NCBI RefSeq assembly: GCF_963921235.1
Contig: NC_086108.1
Span: forward strand, 65,102,001 to 65,166,000
DNA: 64,000 nucleotides
Reading direction: 5' to 3'
Origin: Mobula hypostoma
Taxonomy: Eukaryota
Below the pieces are notes generated by a model. That model worked only from the letters and a program-made list of their open reading frames with translations, had not been told where the DNA came from and did not search any database. Below, in pieces: positions 36,580 to 48,295 of this stretch. The position numbers were made by a program, and so were the translations under genes. Positions within the stretch are counted from its first letter, which is position 1, and each line of letters opens with the position of its first letter.

Positions 36580-39500
36580 AGAGTAGCGTAGTCTACAAGG
36601 TTTTAAAAAGTGAGGGGTCTGTCAAGATTTGACTGCGGAGCGGGAGATTGCTTGGGTTATTAGTAACATAGCAAGAGCCAACAAAAGGAATTGAGGTGTA
36701 AGTGAAGTGGCCATTGTGGTCTAAGTGAGCCAAGGTTAGACTGGGAGCCTTTGGCTCAACAGGCATTGGCGAGAACAGGCAGCAGCTCTAAATAAGTTCT
36801 AGTAAGTCTTTTTTCTCTTTCTTTGGGTCTGGCTTAGTGGCTCAGAAGGGAAAGGAAAGAAAAGGGGAGAGAAGAGGTGTGCAGTAGTGGTAGGACATTC
36901 CATAGTGAGAGGAGCAGACAGGAGATTCTATGGATGTGAAGGGAACACCCGGATGGTATGTTGTCTCCCAGGTAACATGGTCATGGATGTCTTGTATCAA
37001 GTCCACAGCATTCTAAAGGGGGAGGATGAACAGCCAGACGTCCTGGTACATATTGGTATCGACGACATAGGTATGAAAAGGAATGAGGTCCTAAACAAAG
37101 AATATAGGGAGTTAGATAGAAAGCTGAAAAACAGAACCTCATGGGTAATAATCGCTTGTGCCAGTGAGTTTAAGAGTAGGATGATTCGGCAGATGAATGT
37201 AGACACTATACAGAATAAGGAAGATGCTCATGTAGCGCAGTTAGAGATTGGCAGGTATGATGTTGAGCGCATCACTGAGGCCTGACTGAAAGATGATCAT
37301 CATTAGGGGCTCAACATTGAAGGATACACATTATATCAAAAGGACAGGCAGGTAGGTCAAAGTGGTTGGATGGCTCTGTTGTTAAAAACTGAAATCACAT
37401 TCTTAGAAAGATCCTTAGGATCAGAAGATGTAGAATCCTTGTAGATAGAATGAAGAAACTGCAAGGGTTAAAAGAATCTCTTGGGAGTTACTTACTGACT
37501 TCTGAACACCAGCCATGATATGGGGTACCAATTATAATGGCAGAAAGAAAAGACATGTAAACAAGGTAATGTTACGATATTCATGGAGAATTGCAATAAG
37601 TAAAGTAAGTAAAGGCATCCGTTAGTCTTGCGAGACCATGGATCTGTGCCTGGAAAGTCTTCACTCTCCAGGATGCAGGCCTGGGCAAGGTTGTATGGAA
37701 GACCAGCAGTTGCCCATGCTGCAAGTCTCTCCTCTCCATAACACCAATGTTGTCCAAGGGAAGGGCATTAGGACCCATACAGCTTGGCACCAGTGTCGTC
37801 GCAGAGCAATGTGTGATTAAGTGCCTTACTCAAGGTCACAACATGTTGCTTTGGCTGGGGCTTGAACTCACGACCTTCAGGTTGCTAGTCTAATGCCTTA
37901 ACCATTTGGCCACATGCCCACAGAGACAGGTAGATATGGAAAATTAGATTGGTGCTGGATTCCAAGAAAGGGAATTTGTTTGAATGCCCACAAGATGGCA
38001 TTTTAGAGCAGCTTCTGGCTGAGCACATTAGGGAAAAGGCATGTCTGGATTGGGTGTTGTGTAATGAACTAGATTTGTTTAGGGAGCTTAAGGTAAAGGA
38101 ACCCTTTGGAGACAGTGATCATATTATGACAGAATTCACCCTGCAGTTTGAGAGGGAGAAGCAAAGATCAGATGTATCAGTATTACAGTGGAATAAAGGG
38201 TATAACAGAGGCATGACGAAAACAGCTGGCCAAAGTTGAATATAAGAGGACACTAGCAGGGAAGAAGCCAGAACAGCAATGGCTGGAGTTTCTGGAACCA
38301 ATTTGGAAGACACAAGTTAGATACACGCCAAAGATGAAGAAGTATCCTAAAGGGCAGATGACATTTCCTTGGCTGACAAGTGAAGTCAAAGACAGCAGAA
38401 AAGCAAAAGGAAGGGTATATAATGTAGCAAAAAATTAGTTGGATGTTAGAAAATTGGGAAGCTTTTAAAATGAACAGAAAGGAAATTTTAAAAAGCCATA
38501 CAGAGAGAAAAGATGAAATATTAAGGTAAAGGTAGCCAATAATATAAAAGGCACCAAAAGATTTTTTTTCAGATGTATAAAGAGTAAAAGAGGGGTGAGA
38601 GTGGATATCAGACCACTGGAAAATGATACTGGATAGGTAGTAATGGGGGACCAAAAAAATGGCAGATGAACTTAATAAGTATTTTGTGTCACTGTGGAAG
38701 ACAATAGCAGTATGCCAGAAATTCGAGAGTGTCAGGGGCCAGAGGTGAATGTAGTTGATATTACTATTATTGAGGATGAAGTTTTGGGGTACACAGAGGC
38801 ACGTAATAAAATTGGCAAAGTCAGCATGTTTTCCTTAAAACGAAATCTTATCCAAAAAATATGTTGGAATTCTTTGAGGAAATAATGGGCTAAGTGGACA
38901 AGAGAGTCAGTGGATGTTGCTTACTTGATTTTCAAAAGGCCTTTGACAAGCTAAGAGCCCACAATATTACAGGAAAGATACTACCATGAATAGAAGATTG
39001 GTTGACTGACAGGAGGCAAAGATTCAGAATAAATGGGGCCTATTCTGGTTGGCTGCTGGTGACTAGTGATTTTCCATTATTAGGACTTCTTCTTTTTGTG
39101 TTATATGTTAACAATTTGGATGACGGAATTGATGCCTTTGTGGACAAGATTGCAGATGATAAAAGATAGGTGTGAGGCAGGTAGTTCTGAGGAAACAAAG
39201 TCTGCAAAGGACTTAGACAGATTAGGAGTATGGGCAAAGAGTGCTAGCTGGAATATAATGTAGGGAGGTATATGGTGATGCACTTTGCTTGAAGGAATAG
39301 AGGCGTCGACTATTTTCTAAACAGGGAGAAAATACAAAAATGTGAAGTGCAAAGGGAATTGGGGTCCTTGTGCAGGAATCTCAAAAGGTTAGTTTGCGGG
39401 TTGAGTCGGTAGGAAAGAAGGCAATTGCAAAGTTGGCATTCATTTTGGAAGAGGACTAGAACATAAGAGCAGGGATGTAATGCTGAGGCTTTCCTGCATT

Positions 39501-40028
39501 GATCAGACTGAACTTGGAGTATTGTGAGCAGTTCGGTCCCCTTATCAAAGAAAAGATGTGCTGGCATTGAAGAAGGTCCAGAAGAGATTCACGTTAATGA
39601 TTCTGGGAATGACTGTACTCACTGCAGTAAGTAGAAGCAGGAGGGAATCTCATTGAAACCTATCGAATACTGAAAAGCTTAGACAGAGTGGATGTGGAGA
39701 GATATTTCCTGTAGTATATGAGTCTAGGACCAAAGGGCACAGCCTCAGAACAGAGTGACATCCATTTAAAACAGAGATGAGAAAGAATTTCTTTAGTCAG
39801 AGGGTGGTGAATATGTGGAATCCAATGCCATGGATGGTGGTAGAGGCCAAGTCATTGAGTATATTTAAAGCAGTGGTTGATAGGTTCTTAGTAAGTCAGT
39901 GCATCAAATGTTATGGGGAAAAGGCAGGGAAATGTGGTTCAGAGGGACGATAAATCAGCCATGATTGATTGATGCAGTAGATTCGATGGGCCAAGTGGTC
40001 CAATTGTGCTCCTATGTCTTATGGTCTT
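36580..40028 (+). mobile_element. Near full-length decayed CR1 LINE (ORF1 SGNH esterase, APE, RT), with internal deletions
   Basis: ORF1 reads VGHSIVRGADRRF...VCCLPG...VLVHIG. APE motifs ITEA, EDVESL, LDWVL and GDSDH are present. RT motifs DFQKAFDK and IADD are present. The tail is cctatgtcttatggtctt. Confidence 0.88.
37597..37922 (-). mobile_element. tRNA-headed SINE with a (TTTAC)n-like tail, nested in the CR1
   Basis: The minus head gggcatgtggccaaatggttaaggc...ggtcgtgagttcaagccc carries A and B boxes. The other end has an aagtaaagtaagtaa tail. Confidence 0.75.
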
Positions 40029-40114
40029 AATGCAGTGGAATTAGTATAGACGGCTCAATGGACAGCGTAGACATGATAGACTAAAATGTATCTTTCCATG
40101 CTGTACAACATTTT

Positions 40115-40180
40115 GACTCCCACCAGCGTCTTCTGCCCCTTAGTGTTACGCAGCTCTACCCATATCGATTCCACATCTTC
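40115..40180 (-). mobile_element. 66-bp CR1 endonuclease fragment fused to the Penelope end
   Basis: The minus strand reads EDVESIWVELRNTKGQKTLVGV, homologous to the decayed CR1 APE segment at ~37424-37489. Confidence 0.8.
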
Positions 40181-40182
40181 CC

Positions 40183-41324
40183 GGCTTATAGTAGACATCA
40201 GTGGATAAGCTGTCTCCAGAGACAGAGACAGAAAGATCTAGAAAGGGGAGGGAGGTGTCGGAAATGGAGCAGGTAAACTTGAGGGCAAGGTGAAAGTTGG
40301 AGGCAAAGATAATAAAGTCAACGAGCTCAGCATGCGTGCAGGAAGCAGCGCCAATGCAGTCGTCGATGTAGCGAAGGAAAAGTGGGGGACAGATACCAGA
40401 ATAGGCACGGAACATAGATTGTTCCACAAAGCCAACAAAAAGGCAGGCATAGCTAGGACCCATACGGGTGCCCATAGCTACACCTTTAGTTTGGAGGAAG
40501 TGGGAGGAGCCAAAGGAGAAATTATTAAGAGTAAGGACTAATTCCGCTAGACGGAGCAGAGTGGTGGTAGAGGGGAACTGATTAGGTCTGGAATCCAAAA
40601 AGAAGCGTAGAGCTTTGAGACCTTCCTGATGGGGGATGGAAGTATATAGGGACTGGACATCCATGGTGAAAATAAAGCGGTGGGGGCCAGGGAACTTAAA
40701 ATCATCGAAAAGTTTAAGAGCGTGAGAAGTGTCACGAACATAGGTAGGAAGGGATTGAACAAGGGGGGATAAAACCGTGTCGAGGTATGCAGAAACGAGT
40801 TTGGTGGGGCAGGAGCAAGCTGAGACAATAGGTCGGCCAGGACAGGCAGGTTTGTGGATCTTGGGTAGGAGGTAGAAATGGGAAGTGCGAGGTGTGGGAA
40901 CTATAAGGTTGGTAGCAGTGGATGGGAGATCGCCTGAGCGGATAAAGTCGGTGATGGTGTGGGAGACAATGGCCTGGTGCTCCTTAGTGGGGTCACAATC
41001 GAGGGGTAAATAAGAGGAGGTATCCGCGAGTTGTCGCTGTCCCTCGGCAAGGTAGAGGTCAGTACGCCAGACTACAACAACACCCCCCTTATCGGCGGGT
41101 TTAATAATAAGATTAGGATTAGTGCGGAGGGAGTGGAGAGCAGAGCGTTCTGAAGGAGTGAGGTTGGAATGGGGACAAGGTGCAGTGAAGTCGAGACGGT
41201 TGATGTCCCGTCGGCAGTTAGCAATAAAGAGATCCAGAGCAGGCAGAAGACCAGAGCGGGGTGTCCATGAAGAAGAGGAGGGTTGAAGACGGGAGAAGGG
41301 GTCATCGGTGGGGGTGGAAGAGTG
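40183..41324 (-). mobile_element. Penelope element, inverted arm with an open RT (YIDD intact)
   Basis: Within ORF 40146-41546: IIKPADKG, YLLPKIHK, GRPIVS, MDVQSLYT, GVAMGT and RYIDD. Confidence 0.93.
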
Positions 41325-42919
41325 GGCTCCTCCCACTTCCTCCAAACTAAAGGTGTAGCTATGGGCACCCGTATGGGTCCTAGCTATGCCTGCCTTTTTG
41401 TTGGCTTTGTGGAACAATCTATGTTCCGTGCCTATTCTGGTATTTGTCCCCCAATTTTCCTTCACTACATCAACGACTGCATTGGCGCTGCTTCCTGCAC
41501 GCATGCAGAGCTCGTTGACTTTATTAACTTTGCCTCCAACTTTCACCCTGCCCTCAAGTTTACCTGGTCCATTTCCGACACCTCACTTCCCTTTCTAGAT
41601 CTTTCTGTCTCTGTCTCTGGAGACAGCTTATCCACTGATGTCTACTATAAGCCTACTGACTCTCACAGCTATCTGGACTATTCCTCTTCTCACCCTGTCT
41701 CTTGCAAAAACGCCATCCCCTTCTCGCAATTCCTCCGTCTCCACTGCATCTGCTCTCAGGATGAGGCTTTTCATTCTAGGACGAGGGAGATGTCTTCCTT
41801 TTTTAAAGAAAGGGGCTTCCCTTCCTCCACTATCAACTCTGCTCTTAAACGCATCTCCCCCATTTCACGTACATCTGCTCTCACTCCATCCTCCCGCCAC
41901 CCCACTAGGAATAGGGTTCCCCTGGTCCTCACCTACCACCCCACCAGCCTCCGGGTCCAACATATTATTCTCTGTAACTTCCGCCACCTCCAACGGGATC
42001 CTACCACTAAGCACATCTTTCCCTCCCCCCCCCCTGCATTCCGCAGGGATCGCTCCCTACGCAACTCCCTTGTCCATTCGTCCCCCCCATCCCTCCCCAC
42101 TGATCTCCCTCCTGGCACTTATCCGTGTAAGTGGAACAAGTGCTACACATGCCCTTACACTTCCTCCCTTACCACCATTCAGGGCCCCAAACAGTCCTTC
42201 CAGGTGAGGCAACACTTCACCTGTGAGTCGGCTGGGGTGATATACTGTGTCCGGTGCTCCCGATGTGTCCTTTTATATATTGGCAAGACCCGACGCAGAC
42301 TGGGAGACCGCTTTGCTGAACACCTATGCTCTGTCCGCCAGAGAAAGCAGGATCTCCCAGTGGCCACACATTTTAATTCCACATCCCATTCCCATTCTGA
42401 CATGTCTATCCACGGCCTCCTCTACTGTAAAGACGAAGCCACACTCAGGTTGGAGGAACAACACCTTATATTCCATCTGGGTAGCCTCCAACCTGATGGC
42501 ATGAACATCGACTTCTCTAACTTCCGCTAATGCTCCACCTCCCCCTCGTACCCCATCTGTTACTTATTTTTATACACACATTCTTTCTCTCACTCTCCTT
42601 TTTCTCCCTCTGTCCCTCTGAATATACCCCTTGCCCATCCTCTGGGTACCCCCCCCCCGTCTTTCTTCCCGGACCTCCTGTCCCATGATCCTCTCGTATC
42701 TCCTTTGCCTATCACCTGTCCAGCTCTTGGCTCCATCCCTCCCCCTATCTTCTCCTATCAGTTTGGATCTCCCCCTCCCCCTCCAACTTTCAAATCCCTT
42801 ACTCACTCTTCCTTCAGTTAGTCCTGACGAAGGGTCTCGGCCTGAAACGTCGACTGCACCTCTTCCTAGAGATGCTGCCTGGCCTCCTGCATTCACCAGC
42901 AAGTTTTATGTGTGTTGCT
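41325..42919 (+). mobile_element. Penelope element, forward arm: RT C-terminus, GIY-YIG endonuclease and pLTR tail
   Basis: ORF to the stop at 42530 includes GVAMGT, YIND, LPFLD, YYKPTDSH, C..C..C and VIYC...LYIGKT...RFAEH. It is followed by a pyrimidine-rich tail with a hammerhead. Confidence 0.93.
42820..42855 (+). ncRNA. Minimal type I hammerhead ribozyme in the Penelope pLTR
   Basis: agtc-CTGACGA-agggtctcggcct-GAAA-cg-TC-gact. Core boxes are present, stem I is agtc/gact, stem II is short, and helix III is the palindrome ACGT. Confidence 0.75.
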
Positions 42920-43074
42920 TTATCTAAATACAAAGTTGGATAGCAATAACATGAGAGGCATGATTTTCTGAAGTGTATTAAGTACAACTTAATTTGACTT
43001 GTATTTTGCTGGACCATTGAAGAAGATGGCAGTCCTGGACATGGTTCAGGGAAATGAATCAAGGAAAGTGAACT

Positions 43075-43672
43075 TAGAACATAGAACATAGACATCTGTA
43101 GCACATTATAGGGCCTTCGGCCCACAATATTGTGCCAACCATGTAACCTACTATAGAAACTGCCTAGAATTTCCCTACCGCATAGCCTTCTATTTTTAAG
43201 CTACATGTACCTATATAAGAGTCTCTTAAAAGACCCTATTGCATTCATCTTCACCACCATCACCAGCAGTGCTTTCCACGCACCCACCAGGTGTGAGAAA
43301 CCTAACCCTGATATCCCCTCTGTACTTACTTCCAAGCACCTTAAAATTACGCCTCCTTGTGTTCGCCATTTCAGTCCTGGGAAAAAGCCTCCGGCTATCC
43401 ACACGATCAATGCCTGTCACCATCTTATACATCTCTATCAGCTCACGTCTCACCTTTCAGCACTCCAAGGAGAAAAGGCCAAGTTCACTCAACCTATTTT
43501 CATAAGGCATGCTCTCCAATCCAGGCAACAACCTTGTAAACCTCCTCTGCATTCTTTATATAATATCCACATCCTTCCTGTAGTGAGGTGACTAGAAATG
43601 AACACAGTACTCCAACTGGGGTACCAAGGTCTTATATAACTGTAACATTACCGCACCGCTCTTGAACTCTAT
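43075..43672 (-). mobile_element. CR1 3' fragment
   Basis: (agaacat)n tail; the minus ORF reads MRRELIEMYKMVTGIDRVDSRRLFP. Confidence 0.85.
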
Positions 43673-43959
43673 AAATGGAGTGGTGTAAAATGGGAAATGT
43701 GTCACCAAAAATTCTCTCAAGAAAGATGTGAAGGCTCTTGAGATGCTGCACAGGAGATTTACCAAAATGATTCCAAGTGTGAAGGACTTCAGTTAATGTG
43801 AAAAAACTGTGATTGTCTTCCATGGAACAGAGCTATTTAAAATCATGAAGAATAATTGATGGACCAAAAAGATAGAACTGTACCCATTAGCAGACAGACC
43901 AAGAACTAGAGGACAAACAATGAAGTTGACTGATAAAGAACCAATAATGGCACAAGTAA

Positions 43960-44515
43960 TAAACACGAGAGATTCTGTGGATGCTGGAAATCCAAGGCAA
44001 CACATACAAAGTGCTGGAGGAACTCAGCAGGTCAGGCAGCTTCCATGGAAATGAATAAACAGTCGATGTTTCAGGCCGAGACCCTTCATCAGGACTGGAG
44101 AGGAAGGGAGAAGAAGGTGGGGAAGCCGATAGGTGAGAGGGAAGCCAGGGTGGGGGGGGGTGAAGAAGAGGGAAGAGGGAGGGGTAAAGATTTCCAGAAG
44201 TTAGAAAAATCGATGTTGGAAGCTAGCTGCCTATCACAGCCCCCTGGTGTTCCTCCTCTTTCCTTTCTCCCATAGTCCTATCAGATTCCTTTTCCATCTA
44301 TCACCTCCCTGCTTCTTACTTCCTCCCCTACCCACCTGGCTTCATCTATCACCTTCCAACTTGTTCTTTTTCCCCTCCTCTCACCTTCTTATTCAAGCTT
44401 CTTTCCGCTTCCTTCCAATCCTGCTGAAGGGCTTTGACTCGAAATGTCAACTGTACTCTTTTCCATAGTTGCTGCCTGGCCTGCTGAGTTCTTCCAGCAA
44501 TTTGTGTGTGTTGTT
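43960..44515. mobile_element. Non-coding Penelope derivative made of two tails in inverted (head-to-head) orientation
   Basis: ~43960-44220 is an antisense tail with a hammerhead at 44060-44097. ~44240-44515 is a sense tail with a decayed hammerhead. It is inserted in an old CR1 3' fragment (~43675-44700). Confidence 0.75.
44060..44097 (-). ncRNA. Minimal hammerhead ribozyme (antisense copy)
   Basis: The minus strand reads cagtc-CTGATGA-agggtctcggcct-GAAA-ca-TC-gactg. Confidence 0.6.
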
Positions 44516-46259
44516 TATACAACTAGTAATTGGGGCCAGGAATGTGTCTGCAAGATTTGTGATGGGGACACATTCATCTGTAGTGTTCAAAAGGTAGATG
44601 AATAAGTATCTGTGAGAAATAAAAGAGCAGGGCTACGGAGAGAGGGCTGGACAGCTGTTACATGGAGCTCGTATGGACTCAACAGCCTTCAATGTTGTAA
44701 TTATTCTCTGTGTCTTTGTGGAAAGAAATCATCGATAGACCTATGATTTCACTCCCCTGGCAAGCGTCTTAGAATATTCTTGTTGACACAGGCACAAAAT
44801 GAAGTCATCTATTGAAAGGATTCAAATCTCTGATCCATGGATAACAGGCAGTTGTATTCTAGCCATTACACCAGGAGGTACCAGAGTCAATGTTTGACTC
44901 TATGTATAGTTTAAAAAAAAACAATTTCATGTCACAGGCAGAACACTAACTCTCAATCTGTAATAATCTGTAATTAGGCGCTGCCTAATTATTTTATACT
45001 ACCCACAGAAGAAGACTGGAACAAATAGAAGAGGGTGATAATCCACATAAAGCAACGTACAAATTATCACCAATCATAGGGCTAAAGGAAGCAACTGGTA
45101 TTTTCTGAAGAGCTTAAGCCTGTTCTTGGCTGTATTGTGTTTATTGAACCAAACTAAAAGCGGTAACCCAAGACTGGCGTGTCAGTAATTTTATCCAAAA
45201 TACTTCATTTCTTTTCACTTCAGAAGTGAGCCAAATGTAAGCTGCACCTTAACAATTGTGAGGAAAATGTAAAAATTGGAACAGTCAAGACTGAACTACA
45301 GTAAAACCTGAATCAGAGAGTGCATACAGGCAGATTCAAAGTTCTTTCTATGCATACTAGCCAATGGCAGTGGTGAAAAACCTCTGTTTATGAAGAAAGA
45401 TGGAAATATATTTATTTTTTAGAAAGCTATATCATATTCAAACATGGCAGTAACCAAGAAATCTCTCCATCAGATAGGTTGAACCCGATCTCTATTGGCA
45501 GCAAGGAAGGCACGGGTTGTTGTAAGTAATCATTAAAAAAGAGATCAAATATAAGATAATTCCAAGAAGATAGCGACAGCACTTGAATGTATCACAAAAT
45601 CAAAGAGGTAAAGAATAAGAAAAATGAGGAAAGGACAACTTGGCTTAATCAGCAGAACGAAATACACTGTAGTGATGGCCTATTTGAGAATGACAATAAA
45701 TCACCAGTGTAAAGAAATAGCCAGTATAAGGGATAATTGTCAGGACATATTTTAAATGGAAAAAGTTTCACAAACTGACTGGGTAATGGCTTTAATACAA
45801 AGTTCAATAAACTTAAGTAATCAAATATGAAATGGAATGTACTAAGGACAAAATATGTAAATAAAAAAGGATGAAGCAAAGAGCCTGAGAAATTCACTAA
45901 AATACTAATGTACGTTTGTAGATACATAGGGAAGTTCTTCAGTTGTTGCCCAGAGAACTGCTCAATAAACAAAAAGAAATTAAATCAACTTAAGAGCCTT
46001 TCCAAATCTTCCAGAACTTAACTATAAAAATACACGATATAGTGTGTGTAGTACTGCATTAAAAACAATAATCATTGCCCCTTTTCAAAGGGTTGATCCT
46101 GATCTCGCACCCACCTGAACTGTCAGTCCTATATCCAGCTACATCACTAGCTTCTTCAGAAATCAGAACTGATACTTGCGTTCATACCACATAGGATAGT
46201 AGAAATCCTAGACAAGATTGAAGTTAATACTGCCAAGGACAGGTATACAAGTAATTCTG

Positions 46260-48295
46260 TTGTTCAATACAGAGAGCTCATCAGCTGATGCTATATGGGT
46301 GAAAAGGAGGAATAAGAAAGGAATGGCCACATTAATAGGATTGTATTATAGACCACCCAACTGTCCAACTGTCCCTGGGGTTTAGAGGAGCAAATTTGAT
46401 GAGAAATTGCAGACTGTTGCAAGAAACATAAGGATGTGATTGTAGATGATTTTAACTTTCCACCTATTGATTGGGATTCCCATACTGATTACAGAGGAGG
46501 AGGTGTTTGCTGTCTTGAGGAAAATTAGAGTGGATAAATCTCCAGTGCCTGACAAGGTGTGATCTCAGAGGTATGGGAGGGAGGCTACTGCAGAATTGCA
46601 GAAGCCCTAGCAGAGATTTTAAAAAGTCTTTAGCCACAGGTGAGGTGTCGGGAGATTAGAGGATAGCTAATGTTGTTCTGTTATTTAAGAATGGCTCTAA
46701 GAATAAGCCAAGAAATTACAGGGTGGGGAGCCTGACTTCAATAGAGGGAAAGTTATTGGAAGGTATTCAAAGGGACAGGATACAAGTACTTGGATAGACA
46801 GGGAATGAGTAGGGAATGTCAACATGGCTTTGTACATGGTAGATCATTTCCAACTAATCTTTTATAGCTTTTTGAGGAAGTTACTAGGAAAGTTGATGAA
46901 GACAAGGCAGGGGATGTTGTCTACATGGACATTAGCAACACCTTTGATAAGGACCCCCATGGGAGGTTAGTCAAGAATGTTCAGTCGCTAGGCATTCAGG
47001 ATGAGGTAATAAATTGATTAAGACATTGGTTTCCCTGAAGAAGTCAGAGAGTGGTAGTAATTACTCTCTGACTGCAGGCCTGTGACTAGTGTGTATGCCG
47101 CAGGGATCGGTTCTGGGTCCATTGTCATCTATATCAATGATCTAGATCAGTGGTCCCCAACCACTGGGCCGCAAAACATGTGCTACCGGGCCGCGAGGAA
47201 ACGATATGATTTGGCGATATGAAACGATATGAGTCAGCTGCACCTTTCCTCATTCCCTGTCACGCACTGTTGAACTTGAACACCACTCCCCGCCATCCCC
47301 CGGTCGGCGGTCCGCAAGAATATCGTCAATATTAAACCAGTCTGTGGAGCAAAAAAGGTTGGGGACCCCTGATCTAGATGATAATATGGTAAACTGTTTC
47401 AGGAAATTTGAGAATGACACCAAGATTGGGTGTGTAGTGGACAGTGAGAAAGACTGTGAAGGCTCGTAGAGGGATCTGACCCAGCTGGAGAAATAGGCTG
47501 AAAAATGGCAGATGGAATTTTCTGCAGACAAGTGTGAGGTGTTGTACTTTGGGAGGACTAACCAGTGTAGGAATTACAGTGAGCAGTATGACATTGAGGG
47601 CTGTACTGTAGAAGCACAAACAGATCTGGGAATACAGATCTATAATTCCTCGAAAGAGGCATCACAGGTAGATAAGGTCATAAAGAAAGCTTTTGGCACA
47701 TTGGCCCTCATTGAAGTATTGAATACAAGAGTTGGGATGTTATGTTGAAGTTATATAAGATGTTGGTGATGCCTAATTTGGAGTATTGTGTGCAGTTCTG
47801 GTCACCTACCTACATGTAATTAACAATGAAAGAGTACAGAGAAACTCTGCAAGGATGTTGCCAGGACTTGAGGACCTGAGTTGTTGAATAGGTTCGGACT
47901 TTATTCCCTAGAGTGTAGAAGAATGAAGGTAGATTTGATAGAGATATACAAAATTATAAAGGGTATGAATAGGGCAAATGACTTTTTTTCCACTGATGTT
48001 GGGTGAGATTACAACTAGAGGTTATGCGTCAAGGGTGTTTAAGGGAAACATGCGGGGTATCTTCTTCACTCAGAGGGTGGTGAGAACACGGAATGAACTG
48101 CCAGCAGAAGTGGTGGGTGTGGGTTCAAGTTCAACATTTAAGAGAGGTTTGGGTAGGAACATGAATGGGGAATGTGGAGAGCTGTGATCTGGATGCAGGC
48201 CCATAAGACTAGGCAGATTAATAGTTTGGCATGCACTAGAGAGGCTGAAGTGCCTTTTTCTGTGCTGCAGTGTTCCATAACTTTATGACTCTATA
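46260..48295 (+). mobile_element. Decayed CR1 LINE (APE fragment joined to RT and 3' end)
   Basis: Motifs YYRPP, DDFNF, DKSPVPD, DVVYMD, QGSVLG, MEFSADKC and FFTQRVV. Confidence 0.88.
47148..47371. mobile_element. 224-bp hAT-Charlie (MER1-like) MITE with a perfect TSD
   Basis: atctagat|cagtggtccccaacc...ggttggggacccctg|atctagat. Confidence 0.92.

Noticed and set aside
37840..37922. tRNA gene (also the heads at 1045 and 55514)
   Set aside because: These are degenerate tRNA-like SINE heads continuing into SINE bodies, with no intact cloverleaf.
40146..41546. 466-aa minus ORF and overlapping 415-aa plus ORF as novel genes
   Set aside because: Both cross the Penelope inversion junction, and their N-termini are antisense read-through of the other arm.
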